64,000 nucleotides of DNA from an uncultured Gemmataceae bacterium (GCA_963750165.1 CAVVPN010000003.1:1696001-1760000), one strand, 5' to 3'. Shown: positions 1 to 15,000, counted from the first letter of the stretch. The notes: generated by a model not told the origin, from the sequence alone. Made by a program: numbers and translations.

Positions 1-3000
1 CCACCGCTCTTGTCCACCGTCCCGGGGCCGACCTGCGGCGCCTGCACCGACACCGTGGTCCGCGCCTCGGCAGGCCCGTGGATGACCGTCACGGTCACGG
101 TGCCGGGCGCCACCGCCGTCAGCAGCCCGTCGGGGCTGACCATCACCACGCCCGGTTGACTCAGGTAATACTGCGTCCCGGTGGCGCCAGCCGAGAGGTT
201 GTTCGCCAGTTGATAGTCGTCGCCCGGGTACACGTCGAGCTGCCGGGTGCCGCCGGCGCTGCTCAGGGTCACCGACAGCGGATACAGGTTCAGTCCGGCG
301 TTGAGCAGTTCCTGGTCGAGCCCGTCCGACGGTTTGCCGACGGTGACGGCGGTGGCGGCCTGCAGGCCCTGGGCTGTGGCGATCAGGGTCGTCGTCCCCG
401 TGGCCACACCGACGAGCCGGCCATCGGCGGAGATCGTTGCCACCGAGGAGTTCGTGAGCTGCGTTGCCACATAGGACGGATCGAGCACGACGTTCTGCTG
501 GTCGGCGAAGTTGCCGACAAACACCTCGGGTACGAAGCCGCCGATGGCCAGGCGCGGCGTGCGCTGCTGGAAATCCAGGCTGACCAGCGGCGCGGCACTG
601 ACGTTGACCGTGACGGTGGCTGTGGGAGACACTTCCAGGCCGTCGTCGGCCGTGAACTCGAAGTCCGCCGTGCCGGTGAAACCCGCGGCCGGCACGAACG
701 TGACGGTGTGGCCGTCGGGATTGAGGGTTGCCGTGCCGTTGTCCGCCCCGAGGAGGTGGAAGTACACCGGCTCGCCCTGAGGGTCGCTGGCCAGCGGAGC
801 CAGGTCGAACTGGACCGGCAGGCCGGCGTGGGTCAGAACCGTGCCGTTCTGGGCTGTCGGCGGCTGAGTCACCTGGAAGCCGTAGTTGGCCGCGACCAGC
901 TGCACGTCGGCCGCGTCAATGGTGCCGTCGCGGTTGGCGTCGGCGGCGACGGAATAACCGGTCTGTCCCGCCATCGTGCCGACGAGACTGGCCACCAGCG
1001 TGCCGTCCGTGCCGTTCACGTCGCCGTCCTGGTTGGCGTCGCCGGCGATGAAGAGGTGCAGCGTGTAGGCCCCGGAGGTGGCGGCGTTGGCGCCGCTGAT
1101 CTGGAGCAGTTCCAGACCGGCACGGCTGACGGCGAACAGGGCGAACGCGCTATCGCTGCTGCTGTGCTGCACCAGCGGCGTCAGGCCGGCAACGGCCGGC
1201 ACGGCCGGCTGCACCGTACTGCCGGCGGCGGCATCCACCTCGACTCCCAGGTAGACGGTCCCGCTCGGGGGCGAGGCGACTTCCGAGGCGGTCAGCAGGA
1301 AGGTGAAGGAGTTGGTACTGCTGGCCGCCAGGTTGCCGTTGTAGTTCCCGGCCAGGAACTGGCTGGTGCCGCCGAGGTCCGCCGTCAGCGGCACGACCTG
1401 GACGGGGTTGCTGTAGTTGATGGCCGCGCCGCTGCCGGCCACGGGCGCGGTGGCCAGGGTGAGCAAGTGTGGGTCGTTCATGGCGTAGCCGTAGCGGCTA
1501 CTCAGCCCGGTGGCCGCGTTGTGAGCCGAGACCAGGTTGCCCGCGGCGTCATAGGTGTAGACGATCCGCGTCCCGTCCGGCGCCTCAATCGTGCTGATCC
1601 GCCCGGCCGCGTCACGGATGAAGCGCACCGCGTCGCCGGTGGAGCTGGAAATACCGCCGCCGCTGAAGTAGAGCGTCTGGCCGCCGTGCAGGATTTCTTC
1701 CGTCACGCCGCGGGTCGCACTCACGTAGTACACCGTGCCATCGGGGCCGGTCAGGGTGTACTGGGGACCGGTGAACTGGCCGCTGGCGGGGTTGTACGGC
1801 AGGGCGGTCTGGGCGTCGTAGAAGCCGCTGCCGCCGCGAATCAGCACCGCCCCTGCGGAAGCGAGTTGCCAGCCCACGCCGGGGTCGGACTTGTACGCCG
1901 GGGTGTAGTAGGAGACGCCCGACTGGTCGTGGCGCTGCGGGGCGAAGGTGAAGCCGACCCGTTCGCCGTCGGGCAGAGTCAGGTAGACGCGCGTGCCCTC
2001 AACGAAGGGGTTGTAAACGCCGTCGGCCTCCAGTCCGGTCGGCGGCACACTGGTCCGCAGGTCGGTGTCCTGAACGGCCAGGCTCCAGCCGTAGCCGAAG
2101 CTGCCCAAGTCGTTGCGGTCCAGCGAATCGTACACGCGTGTCAGGTTGACCGTGGCCGCGCCCAGTTGCACCGTCAGGTCGGTTTCCGATCGCAGGTACT
2201 GCCCGGTCTTGGTGGCCGTGTCCACTTCCAGAGTCAGGGTGGTCTGGCTGGTCCGCCCGGAGATGTTGGTCGCCGTCAACAGCAACTGATAGACGCCGTT
2301 GCGCAGGGTGCTGGGATCGAGGGTCGCCAGGGTGGCGTTGTTCACGGACGTGGTGCCGCTCGCCAGAATGGTGTAGGTGGTGTCGCCGAGCGAGACGGCC
2401 TGCAAGGTCCAGGTATCGAGATTGCTGTCGCTCACCGTGCCGGTCACGGTGGTCGCGGTGGTAAGGATGACCCCGTTCAGGGTAGGGGCGAGTTCGACCA
2501 CGGGAGATCCAGTGTCATTGGGATCGCGGACCTTGACCACGGCGCTGGCCTGGCCCGTGTTGCCATCCACGTCCGTGGCGGTGGCTGCGAATTGCGCACG
2601 GCCCGGGGCGGTGGGCGTGTACTGATGGCGGCCCTGGGCGTCCAGCGTCACTGGCTGGCCGTCCTGGGTCAGCGTCAGCCCGGCAATGCCGGCAACGCCG
2701 GTGGCGGTGACGTGGACGATGACCGACTGGCCCGGCACGGTGGGGAAGCTCGGCGTCACCGTGACGGTGACGGTCGGGGCCTGGCTGGCGAGCAGAGCGT
2801 GCATCACCGCCGTCTGCTGGGCGGACAGCTGCCCGTCGGAAACCGAGAAGACGACGGGGTAATCGCCCGACTGGCCGGCGGCCGGCGTCCACGTGAACAC
2901 GCCAGTGGTGGCGGAGAACGCGGCCCCGGCCGGCAGTCCCGTGGCCGAGAAGGTCAGGACATCGCCCACGTCCGGGTCGCTGGCAGTGACCGTGAACTGC

Positions 3001-6000
3001 AACTGCTCCCCGACCAGGACGGAATGATCGACCACCTGAATCGTGGGCGGCCGATCCACGTTAGCGATCTGGATGGTCACGTTCTTGGTGTTGCTCAACC
3101 CGGACGGGTCAGTCGCGGCGAAGGTTAACATGTAGGTGCCGGCCTGCGTGTAGTCCGGCGTCCAGGTGAATTGCCCGGATGAGGAATCGAGCTGGGCGTG
3201 CGCTGGCAGGGTCGTGAGCGCGGAGAAAGTGACGGAGTCGTTGTCCGGGTCCGTGGCCGCCAGGGTGAACGCCACCGGCGCCCCCTCGCGTCCCGACTGG
3301 TTGCCGACGGGCAGCAGGGTCGGCGGCTGGTCGGTGTTGGTGACGTGGACGGTGATGGTCTGGAACACAGTCTGGTTGCCGTCGCTGGCCCCGAACACCA
3401 CGCTCGGATAAGTACCAGCCTCGAACAGGTTGGGCGTCCAGGTCAGGATGCCGTGCTGCGGGTCGAAGGTCGAACCGGGCGGCGCGTTGGCGACCGAGTA
3501 AGTCAGGCTGTCGCCGTCCGGGTCCGTGGCCGCCAGGGTCACCGTGAGCGGCTGGCCCTCCGCGACGGTCTGGTTGCCGGGGTTCTGCAATACCGGCGCC
3601 TGGTTGCTGGTACGCACCACCAGATGAATGGTCTGCTGATCGGAGGCGACCAGCGCGGGGTTGCCGTTGCCGGTGTTCGTCACCACGAAGGTGACGCCGT
3701 AGTCGCCCACCTCGTCGGCGGTCGGCACCCAGCTGACGGACGCCTGGCCGTAAATGGCACTGGGCACAATGGTCGCCCCGTCGGGCAGGCCCGTGGCAGT
3801 GAAGGTCAGCGGCTGCTGGTCCAGGTCGGTCGCCTGGAGGGTGAGCTGGAAGGGGGTATCGACGACGGCCACCTTGTTGCCAATGTAGCTCAGAGAGGGC
3901 GGTTCACTGGCCACCTGGACGGCCAGCACGAAACTCTCCTGCGTGGACCGCGGCGTGGTCTGGCCGTTGCGGCCGTTGTCGGCGGCCGTCACCGTGATGG
4001 TGTAGTTGCCCTTGTCCGGCAGCCCCGGCGTGAACTGGAACGTTCCCGTGTTGTTGCCGTTGTCGGTAAACGTGCCGAAGGCGGGCAACCCGGTCACGGT
4101 GAGGGCGACGTGGTCGCCGTCCGGGTCCGTGGCCGTCACCGGAACGGTCAGGGTGGACCCGCCCGGCACCGTCTGATCGACGATGGGCGTGAGCACCGGC
4201 GGCCGGTCCACCGGCAGCACGTTGAGGGTGACGGTGTCCGACGTGCTCAGGTCCACGCCGGTGCCGTCGCCGGTGTCCGTGGCCGTGAACGTCACCTGGA
4301 AAGGGCCGACCTGGGTAAAGCTCGGCGTCCAGGTGAACAGCAGTGTCTGGTTGTCGAAGGTGGCCCCGGCGGGCAGGCCGCTGACAGTGTAATTGACCGT
4401 GGCGGGCGGCCCGTCCCCGGGCGTGAGCGAGCCGTCGGGATTGCGGGTCGGCGGCGCGAAACTGGGGTTGTCGGGGTCGAACGCCTGGGCGATGAACTGG
4501 AGCTGTTGGTTTTCCAGCACCTGGAAGGTGGTCAGGTTCTGGAACACCGGCGGAGCGTTCACGTTCAGGATCGCGAGGTTCGCTGTTCGGGTCGTGCTGA
4601 CCTGGCCGTTGCTGACGGTGAAGTCCACCTTGTAAATACCGTGCTGCGTGTAGCCCGGCGTCCACGTGAACAGGCCGCTGGTCGGGTCCAGGACCGAGCC
4701 GTTGGGCAGGTTGTCGCTGGAGAAAGTCAGGGGCACGCCCGCCACGTCGCTGGCCTGGAGTTGAATGTGGACCTGGGCGCCTTCCTGGCCGATGGTGTCG
4801 GCGGGCTGCAGCAAGGTGGGCGGCGGCGGGTTCGAGGCGATGATGATCGTGATGTCCTGGCTGACCTGGCGCAGTCCGTCGCTGACGGTCAGGGTCACGT
4901 CCGGGTAGGTCCCGGCGGCCCCGTAGGCCGGTGTCCACGACAGGACCTTCAGGGTTGGGTCGAACACGGCTCCGGGCGGCAGGTTATCGGCCCAGTACGT
5001 CAGCGGGCTGTTTTCGGGATCGGTGGCCGCCACCTGAACGGTCAGGGGCACGCCCTCCGTGCCGGTGACCTGGGTGGGTAGTCCCGTGAACGCCGGCGGC
5101 TGATTCACACCACCGATCACCACGGTATACACCTGCGTGGCGACGGAACCGGCGTCGTCGTACACCTGCACCACCACGGTCGCCGAGGCCGGGCTGTTGG
5201 GGGTCGGTGTCCAGGAGACCAGGCCGGTCGCGGGGTTCATCGTCATCCCGGCCGGGCCGCGCACCAGCAAGTAGCTCAACTCGTCGCCGTCGGGATCAAA
5301 GCCGATGGCCTGGTAGCTGTAGGTCTGGCCGACGGTCGCGCTGGTGATCGGTTCGGTGACGAACACCGGCGGCTGATTCGCGGCGGTCAAGCCACTCACC
5401 GAAGGGTCGAAGGCCACGGGCTGGCCGTTCTTCATCACGACGGTGATGGTCTGGCCGGTGGAGCTTTGCCCCGGATTCAGGATGCCGTCCGCCGGCAGGC
5501 TGCCGCTCAGGTCGATCAACCACGAGCCGTCCGGGCCGCGGCCGAGGTTGCCTTGCGGTTCGCCCGGGAACTGATTCAGCGGGTTGAGGTGCAGCACCAC
5601 GGGCAGCAGGATCGCGTGACTGCTGACGTTGGTCACGGTCACGTCGAACGACACCGTCCCGGTGTTCCGGTCACTGCGGGACAGGCCGAACTGCAGGTTG
5701 AGGATGCCCGACAGGTCCGCCGTGGCGGTAAAGTCCGAATCATACTCCGCAGGCAGGGGAATGCCCCGGGCGCTTTTCAAGCCCGTGAGCACGCGCAGTT
5801 TGTAATGGTCCGCGCTGAGGGCGTTGAAGGACAGGGTGACCGTGCGGGTGGTCGGGTTGTAGGTGACAGCCTGGATGGCTTGCGGCCCGGTCGAGTCGCC
5901 GGTGAGGCGGTAGTTGTTCGGGTTGAGCACCGAGTTGGGGTCGGCGGCGCTGTCGGCCTGCATGTCCTGGTCGAAGACGATGCTGATGCTGCCCAGGGGC

Positions 6001-9000
6001 AGGGCCACGTCACTGCCGGGCGGCGGGTTGACGGCGATCACGTGTGGGGCCGTGATGGGGCCGAGCACATCGACCTGGTGCGACTGGCTGAGCAGCACGC
6101 GACCGTCCGCCGTGGTCTTGATCTCGTCGCCGCGGCTGCCACCGGTCGCCACCGCCAGCACCTGCATGGTCGCCAGGTCCACCATCGACAGCTCACTGCC
6201 CTGGGTGGCGGACACGGGTTCATCGTGACTGGCGAACAGCAGACCGGAGAGCGCAGTGCCTGTCTGGCCGAAGGCGATGGAGTCCACCTCGTCGGCGAAT
6301 TCCAGTTCCTTCACGGCCGTGCCGTCGGCGTTGAAGCGGATGATGTCGCCCGGGTCGGTCGGCCACAGGGCCGCCCACAGACTATCGTCGGCCGGGTTGA
6401 AGGCCAGGCTGCCGACGCGCAGGTTGCTGAAGTGCGTGAACGTCGCCGTGCTGGGGTTGAAGATTTCGACGCCCTGGCCGGAGGAGACGTAGATCAGGCC
6501 CGTCGCCGGGTCGATGGCCAGCGACTGTGTCAGGCTGTCGCCGTACTGGCCGAGGATGGCCCCGGTGTTCGGGTCGAGCTGGAGCAGGGGGCCGCCGCCG
6601 GTCGTGGCCCAGAGGTTGCCCGTGCCGGTGAAGGCGAAGTCGTAGATCGGGAACGGCAGCGTCGCCAGGGGGGCACCGACCGCACCGCCGGAGACGGGCA
6701 GCAGGAAAAGCTGATTGCGGCCCGGCCCGCCGCTGACCAGCACCGAGCCGTCCGGCCGCACACCGATGGCCACGGGGCCGATGTTGGCGTGACTCTGGGC
6801 GATGCCCGTGGCGAAGGCGCCGCCCGCGAACGGCTGCAACACCTTCGTGAACTCCGGCTTCTGGGTCGCCGGCAACGCCGAGGGGATGCCCTGCTGGGCC
6901 TGGGTGAACAGGGCGTTGGGCGTCGGCGGCGTGTTGTTCTGCGGCGGCGGCGCCGGCGGCACGTCGGGCGGCGTCTCCTGCGGCACAGACGGCAGCGCGC
7001 CCAGGTTGGCCTGCCCGCCGGCCGCGGGGACGGTGACGCCGGTGGACGGCTGCTCCTGGTTGCCGGCGTAGTCCGTCGCCAGGGCCAGGAAGGTGTAGGT
7101 GTGGCCCGCCTGGCCCTGGTACACGTCCGTGGTGTCGGTCGTCTGGTTGAGCCAGATTTGATAGTTGCCGCCGTTGTCGGAGACGTAGACGGTCACGCCC
7201 TTGACGCCCGAGCCGTCAGCGTCGTCCTGGGCGTTCCAGGTCACCTGGTAGTTCGAGCTGCCCGCCATCAGCGGCGTGGCGGTCAGCGTCGTGGTCGGGG
7301 CGGTGCCGTCGATGGTCCAGGTCTGGCTGCCGGTGTCCAGTGGCGGCGCGTTGTCGAACAACACGGTGGCATCGGCGCTGATCTGTGTGCCGGTGGCCAG
7401 CCCCTTCTGCGGCTGGACGGTGTAGCTGATGAAGCCCGTCTGCCCCGGGGCCAGCAGGCCGATACTCGGGTTTTGCAGGACCTCGCCGGTGTTGGGGTCG
7501 ATGGCCTGGATCAGCCAGGTGGCCGTGTTGGTGTCCAGGTCCATGCCGGCGCTGATGCGCAGGATGAAGCCGTGCGACTGCGAGTAGTCGATGTCGCCCT
7601 GGAAGGTGCCCCCCGCCGTGTCGGGCAGCGGCACGGACAGGTCGCCGATTTCGATGCTGCCCAGGTGGAAGGTGCGCGGGTCGAGGTTGGGGTCGAGTTG
7701 CTGCACGACGCGGATCTGGTGTACCGCGGCGCCCGCGTTGTCGGGGTTGGCGAAGCCGACGGTGAACGGCAGGTCCTGGCCCTCGGGCAGGAACTGCTGC
7801 GGCCCGTAGCCGGTCGGCCCCATCAGGGTGGTGTTGGTGCCGGCAACCGCGGAGCCGCTCAGGAACTGGTTGATGTCCGCCGCCTGCGGCCCCTGGGCAC
7901 CGACCAGGTCCGGGTAATAGATGTCGCCGTCCGGCTCGTCGCCGTCGCCGCTGTCATCGTCGTCGTCCAAAGTGGACACGTCGCGCACGTAGACGTTGAA
8001 CGCCTCGAAGGACGCCGGGGCGGCGCCGCCGAGGTTGAACTGGCTGGCGGTCGGCAGCGGGGCGGTGACGCCGATCGAGACAGGGTTGACGCCCGGCTCC
8101 ACGTTCGACTCGCTGCTGCCGTACCACTGCGCCACCTGGGCGAAGAACGCCGGCAGGTTGCCGGTGGTGATGATCTGGTCGCCCTGCGAGCCGGCGAGGA
8201 TGCCGGCCGCCAGCGTGTCGGTCAGGCTGGCGACGTCGGGGTCAAGGTGGACAGCGGGCGGCACGTCCACCGGCCGCAGCAGCCCCGCCTGCTGCAGTGC
8301 CGTCAGGTACAGCGCGTCCCAGGAGGTGGCGTCGGCCGCCAGCGCCTTCAGCGCCGGCATGGCCGTCGAGTCGTTCAGCACGCCCTGCCGCAGCGTCTCC
8401 GCGTACTGCGTCTGCTCGGCGACGTACTGGTCGGGCGTCAGCGGCGACGCCGCCGCCACCACGTTGTACGTGAAGGCGACGCCGCTCGCCGGTTCCTGCA
8501 TCGTCACCGCGTCCTTGGTCAGGTCGGGGTAGGTCTTGGCGGTGAAGTTCAGGCCGACGTAGCCCTGGTCGGCCAGGTCGATGGCGAAGCCCGTGGCCAG
8601 GTCGTAGCCGCTGGTGTCCGTGCTGGCGCTGAGCTGGTCCCAGGGCACGCCGGCCACGTTCGGGTTGCCCTGCAGATTGCTGTAGAAGCCCAGGTATGGC
8701 GTAAACGCCTCCTCGGAGTTGACGCCCAGGTTCGGCACGCCGAACTCGAACTGGACGTAGGGGATGTCCACATTGGTCAGGCTCTGCAGCGAGAAGCCGT
8801 AGTAGCCGGTGTCGCCGGCGTAGAGGATGCGTGTGCCGCCGAGGCCGACGGTCACCTGCGGCGGCAGGGCCGGCTCGACCAGGTAGCGGTACGGCGCGTC
8901 CGCCTCGGAGCCGTCGGGGTTGATGACGGTCACGTCATACAGGCCGTGCGGCGCGTCGGTCAGGTCGAAGACGGCGATGATCTCGGTGCTGTTCACCACC

Positions 9001-12000
9001 TGATAACTGACCGGCTCGTACTCGGCGAAGCCGGGCCGCACCAGCTTGACGAGGGCCTTCGGGTCGAACTGGGCGCCGCTGATGACGGTGGTGACGTACC
9101 GGCTGTCGCCGCCGCTGTCGGGGGTGACGTTGGTGATTTCAAAGGGCAACAACTGGGCCAGCAGTGTGACCGGGTTGGTGCTGCCGCGCACCAACACGTA
9201 GTAGGTGCCGGCCTCGGTGCCGGGGATGGTCGCCACCTGGTTGGCCATGAGTACGCCGCTGTAGCTGGCGTCGTACTGGAAGGCGTTGGGCACGGCGTTG
9301 TAGCGGATGTAAATCTGATTGGCCGCGTTGGGCGTCGTCGAGGTGAGCGACACCTGCAGCGTCTGATTCTCGGGCACCGTCACCTGGAACAATTGGTCCT
9401 TGCCGGCGGTGATGGTCGCGGCCAGGGGCACGCCCAGCTGCAGGCTCGGCACGGTCACCGCCATCTGGGCAGCGGACGGCGTGATGTTGTTCTGGAAGCC
9501 AGCGTCGCCCTCGTACACGTCATCGAACAGGTTGGTGCGCACGATCAGGTAATACGACCCCGGGACGGCCGGCGGCAGGACTGCGGTCAGCGTCCCGGTG
9601 TAGGTGCCGCCGTTGGCCAGGCTTGACTCCGAGTGCTGGACCTCGCCGACGAGCGGGTCGGTGACGTTCCAGATCGACGTGGGCGACAGGTAGACGGCGT
9701 CGGTCCAACTGCCGGCGGCCGGAAACTGGCCCTGGTTGGTGACGGTCCAGCTCACGGTCGTCGGCTGGCCCGAGCGCCCCGTCGCCTGGGGCGTGACGGA
9801 CGTGACCACCAGGTCGGCCGGCGGCGGCTGGTTGATGATAACCGGCAGCGGGCTTGCGGTGGTGTTGTTGAGTTCGTTCCCCTCGAGGACGGCGCCGTAC
9901 GTGGAGACTGACGGGTTCACCGGGTCCGTGACGATGATGACGTAAAACGTCCCGGTCAGGTTGTGGGGCGGCCGGATGGTGGTGTTGACCGTGTAGTGGT
10001 CGTTGACGGGGTCGCTGTTGCCGGCCAGGGCGCCGTTGTGGGTCAGCGTGCCGAGGTAGTAGTCGCTGTTCGGATCCAGGAACTGGTCCACCGACAGGTA
10101 GATGTTGTCGCCCCACTTCGTCTGCCCCGGCAGCGTCGCCGCCGGGCTGTTGTTGGTGACGGTATAGCTGAGGTTGAACGCCTGGTTCTCGGTGGCCTGC
10201 TGGTCCGGGGTGACTGCGGTCACCTGCAGGTCGGGCAGGACCGTGGGCAGCACCTGCTGGGGCACGGCTGTGATGTTGTTGCCCTCGTCCTGGAACTCTC
10301 GCACCAGGCCGCCGTTGGCCCGGTTGCGGTCGTCATCGACGAAGACGAGCAGGTAATAGTTCCCGGAGATGCCATAGGGGATCTGGACGTTCGCGGTCTT
10401 GGTGTACGACTGCCCCAGCGCCAGACCCTGGTTGCTGGCGACACTGCCCAGGTAAATAGACTGCGGGCCGAGCGAGGGGTCCGGCGCCAGGTAGATGCCG
10501 TCGTACCACAAGTTGGTGCGGGTGTCGCGCGTGCCCTGGTTGGTGACGGTCCAGGTCACAGGGATGATGTCGCCGGCGTGCGGCGTCATGGTCGGCGGCG
10601 TCAGGTGGCTGACCACCAGGTCCGGCTCGCGGTAGTAGACCGGCAGCGGCGCCGAGCCCTGGTTGTTCTGTTCGTTGGCGCCCTCGCCCTCGTAGACGTG
10701 GCTTTGGTAATAGTTGACGCCTGCGAAGGCGTTCAGCATCGGGTACGGGTCGGTGAAGATGTAGATGTAGTACGTGATGGGGGTGACCTTGGCCCCGATG
10801 CCGGCCGGGAGCTGGATGGAGGCCGTCCCGTTGTAGCTGGCGCCCGTCCCCAGCGGTTGCGTCGCGGTGTGAGTGACGGTGCTCGCCAGGATGGCCCGGT
10901 TGACGATGAAGGTCGGGTCGGGCGAGAACCACACCTGGTCGAGCCAGTACTGGGTGCCGGACCAGACTGGGGCGCCGAAGTTGGTGACGGTCCACGTCAC
11001 GGTGGTGGTTTCGCCCGAGTACGCCTGCGGCTGGGTGCCGACCGCGGTCACCTGCAGGTCCGCCGCGGCGGCGGTCACGATGCTCGGGGCGGAGGTGGCG
11101 TTGTTGGTCGAGTACGGCCCTTCCCAGATGCCGTCGGGCGGCGGGTTGGTCACCACGATGACGTACTGGCCGGTGAAGGACGGCGACAGCAGGATGGTCT
11201 GCTGGGTGGAGTACGACTGGCCGGGCAGCAGCGCACCGTTGTGCGTGAACGAGCCGAGATAAATCTGCTTCGCCCCCGATGCGTTCCAGGTCGGCGCCGT
11301 GGACAGGTAGACGTTATCGCCCCACTGGGAACTCTCGGTGGCGCCGTTGCCCTGGTTGGCGACGGTCCAGCTGACGGTGTAGTTGGTACCGGCCGCGGCA
11401 GTCGCCGGCGCGTGTACGGCGGTCACGACCAGGTCCGGCGGCGGCTCAGGCAGCACCGTGATCGGGGCCGCCTTGAAGTTGTCGGCGCGCAGGTCGTTGA
11501 GATCGTCGGGGTTGACGTTGGCAGGCAGCGTCGTCTCGGTGGTCTGCTGGTACAGGTCGGCCTGCGGCACCAGGTACAGCTGCCCGGAGGTGTGCGCCGG
11601 CAGCGTCACTGACACCGTCTGTGTGTAGCTGGTCGGCAGGTCCGGGTTGTGGATGTCGTTGGTGAGCACGCCGGTGTGGGGCTTCGTCGCCAGCAGCGCG
11701 CCGGTGACGTAGGGGTACTTCGACTTGTCGCTGGCCAGCCAGACGCCGTCGGTCCAGGCTGACAGGTCAGTGTTGCCCAGGCCGAGGTTGGTGACGGTGT
11801 AGGTCACCTGGACGGTGCTGCCGGCGATGGCCTGGCTGGGGACGATCACGTTGGAGACGACCAGGTCGGACGGCTGCAGCGGGTCGATGGTGATGGGCGC
11901 GGCGATCAAAGCGTTGTTGCTCTCGTTGGGGAATTCGTCCACGTCGTTGTTAACGTCGGCCTTGACGATCAGGTAATACGGCCCGCTCTTGTCCTTGGGG

Positions 12001-15000
12001 ACGAGCACGCTGGAAAGCGTGCTCAGGTAGTCCTGGCCCGGCTGCAGGGCGGACTGGTTGCCGATGGTCGCCAGCAGGAGGTCGTCGGGGCTCAGGGTGC
12101 TGTCCAGGGACAGGTAGACGCCGTCGGTCCAGTGCGGCGTGGTGGTCGCGACGGGGCCCTGGTTGATGACGCGGAACTGCAGGCCGAGAGTGCCGCCGGC
12201 CTGGAAGTGGCCCGCTGCCGGCGTGATCGACTCCACCTGCAGGTCAGGGTGCGATGGCAGAGTGATGGTGAGCGGATTGAAGTCGGTGGTGACGTTGTTG
12301 TTGGTGTTGGTCCCTTCCCACTGCTGCCGGCCGAAGCCGAGATCGGGGTTGGTTTCCACCACCACCTGGAAAACGCCCTGGATGTCCGTCGGCAGTGTGT
12401 ACTGCTCGGTGCGCGTGTAGGAGTGGCCCGCGGCCAGGGTGCTGCTGTAGCGGAAGCTGCCCACGTAGAAGGTGCGGTTGGCGCCGCCGATCTCCTGCAG
12501 CTTGACCTGATCGGGCCACGAGTCGTCGGCGTCGCCGGGACCGAGGTTCTCGACCGTCCAGGTGATGTCGATGTTCGACCCCGCGGGGGCGGTGTCCCTT
12601 GTCTGCACGTTGGTGACCGTCAGGTCCGGCGGGGGCGTGTACGTCACCGCGACCGCGCCCGAGGTGGCGGTGTTGTTGTTCGCGTAGAGGAACTCGTAGG
12701 GAGCGGTGAGGGCACCGGCGGCGTGGACCACCAGATAATAGGTGCCGCTGATGCCGTTGGGCAGCGTCACGGTGCCGGAGAGGTAGTAGTAGCCACCCGG
12801 GGACAGGGCGCCGGTGTGGCTGATGCTGCCCAGGATGGCGACGACGTGCTGGCCCTGCGGGTCGGTGGCCAGGCTGATCGTGTCGTACCAGCTGTCGGGG
12901 TTTGTGATGCCGATGCCCTGGTTGGTCACCATCCAGGACAGGGTCACGGCCTGGCCGCTGGCCGCGGTCGCCGGGGCGGTCACCGACGAGACGATGAGGT
13001 CGGCGTAGGGGATCGGCGTGACCGTGAACAGGCCGGACGCCGGCTGGGCGTAGTTGTTGGCGAGCAGGCCGTTCTCGAACACAGCGCCGCCCGAGTCGGT
13101 CTGGACGAACAGGTGGTACTGGCCCGAGAAGGCCGGCGGCAACAGGAACGTCTGGCTCTGGGGGTAGCTCTGGCCGACGCCCAGGTCGCCGGTGTGGGTG
13201 AACGTCTTCAGCACGATGTCGTCGCCGTTGCCCGGCACGTTGTCGGGCGAGGCGATGACGCGGTCCACCCAGGAGCCGGCGGTCGTGGCCGCGGTGCCGC
13301 TGTTGGTCACGGTCCAGTTGACGGTCACCTGTGCCGGGTCGCCGATGATCGGTGAGGCGGGCGAGAAGCTGACGTTGGACACGGCCAGGTCCGGGTAGGG
13401 GGCCAGGCCGCTGGTGGCGTTCAGGACTGCCGTGTCGTCTGCCGTGGCGTTGTGAGCGGCGTTATCCTCGAAGAGTGCGCCGCCGGAGTTGACCGTCAGC
13501 GTGAACGTCAGGTTGCCGACGCCTGCGTTGCCCGGCGGCAGCAGGACCGTCGTGTGCTGCATGAGGCCCTGACCCGGGGCGAGCGGGCTGTTGCCCGGCT
13601 GGGTGGGGTCGTAGGGGAGGGAAACGGTCGCCAGGGTGGTGTTCGTGGACGTGTTCTTGACCACTAGGGTGTCGGTCCAGGCGCTGGCCGCGCTGCCGGC
13701 GCCGTTGTTCACGTCACTCCACTGCACGGCGATGCTCTGGCCGGACTGCAGCCCGGTCGCCGGGCTGATCTGGAAGCCGGTCGGCGTCAGGTCGGGGTAG
13801 AGTGCCGCCGTGGTCGTGATACTCGCCGAGCCGGTGTTGTTGCTCTCGCCGGTGCCGGCGGCGTTGTACTCGGCGACCTGGTTGTAGATGTCGGTCGTGA
13901 CCGTGGCCGTGATGGTCCCGGTGCCGCCGATGCCGTCCGGCAGGTGGACGGAGTAAGACCGGGAGGCCGACGCGCCGGCCGCGAGGGCGCCGTTGGCGTT
14001 GGTGTCGTAGTACAGCGTGACGGTGGCCAGGGTCTGGTTCGTGGTGGTGTTCTGGACGACGAGGCGGTCGGTCCACGGCCCGGTGGTCGGGGCAGTGCCG
14101 GCGTTGGTGTCGCTCCAGCTCACCTGCACGGTCGCGCCGGATTGCACTCCGGTGGTCGGCGTGATGGCGGCGTTGGTGACCGTCAGGTCGGGGTAAGCCG
14201 CCAGGGTCGCGGACTGGGTGATGCTGGTGGTGTTGTTGGTAGTGGCGGTGCCGGCACTGTTGTACTCAAAGACGGTGCTGGTAGTGTTGACCGTGATGGT
14301 AAATTGCAGTTGCCCAACGCTGGCGTTCCCGGCGGGCAGCCGGAACATGTAGTGCTGCGCGGCGGACTGGCCGGCCCCGAGGTTGGAGCCGCCGGTGATG
14401 GTCGTGCTGAGCAAGATCGTGTTGGTCGTCAGGTTCTTCACGAGCACTGCGTCCACCCAGGGGGGGGTGCCGGTGCCGGCGTTCCCGGTGTTGGTGTCGT
14501 TCCATTGCAGGGTGACGCTCTGCCCGGATTGCAGGCCGGTGGCGGGCGTCGTGGTCAGACCGGTCACCTGCAGGTCGGGGTACGGCCCCGCAGTCGCAGT
14601 TGCGGTGGTGGTGGCGGTGTTGTTCGACTGGGCTGTGTGGCCGGGGTTGTCTTCAAACAGACTGCCGGTCGCGTTGGTGGTCACGGTCACCTGGACGGTG
14701 CCGATACCGGGGGTGCCGTCGGGCAGCGTCACCATGGTTTGCTGCGCATACGACTGGCCGGCAGCCAGGGGGCCGGCTCCCGTGGACGTGGCGTTGTACG
14801 GGACGTTGACAGTGTCCAGCGTCTGGTTCGTGGTCGTGTTCTTGACCACGACCGTGTCGGTCCAACTGGTCGCGGCGTCGGCGTTGCCGGTGTTGCTGTC
14901 GTCCCACTGGATGGTCAGTTGCTGCCCAGATAGCAGGCCGGTCGCCGGGCTGAGTTGCAGGCCTGTCACCTGCAAATCCGGGTAGGGGGCCAGGACCGAG

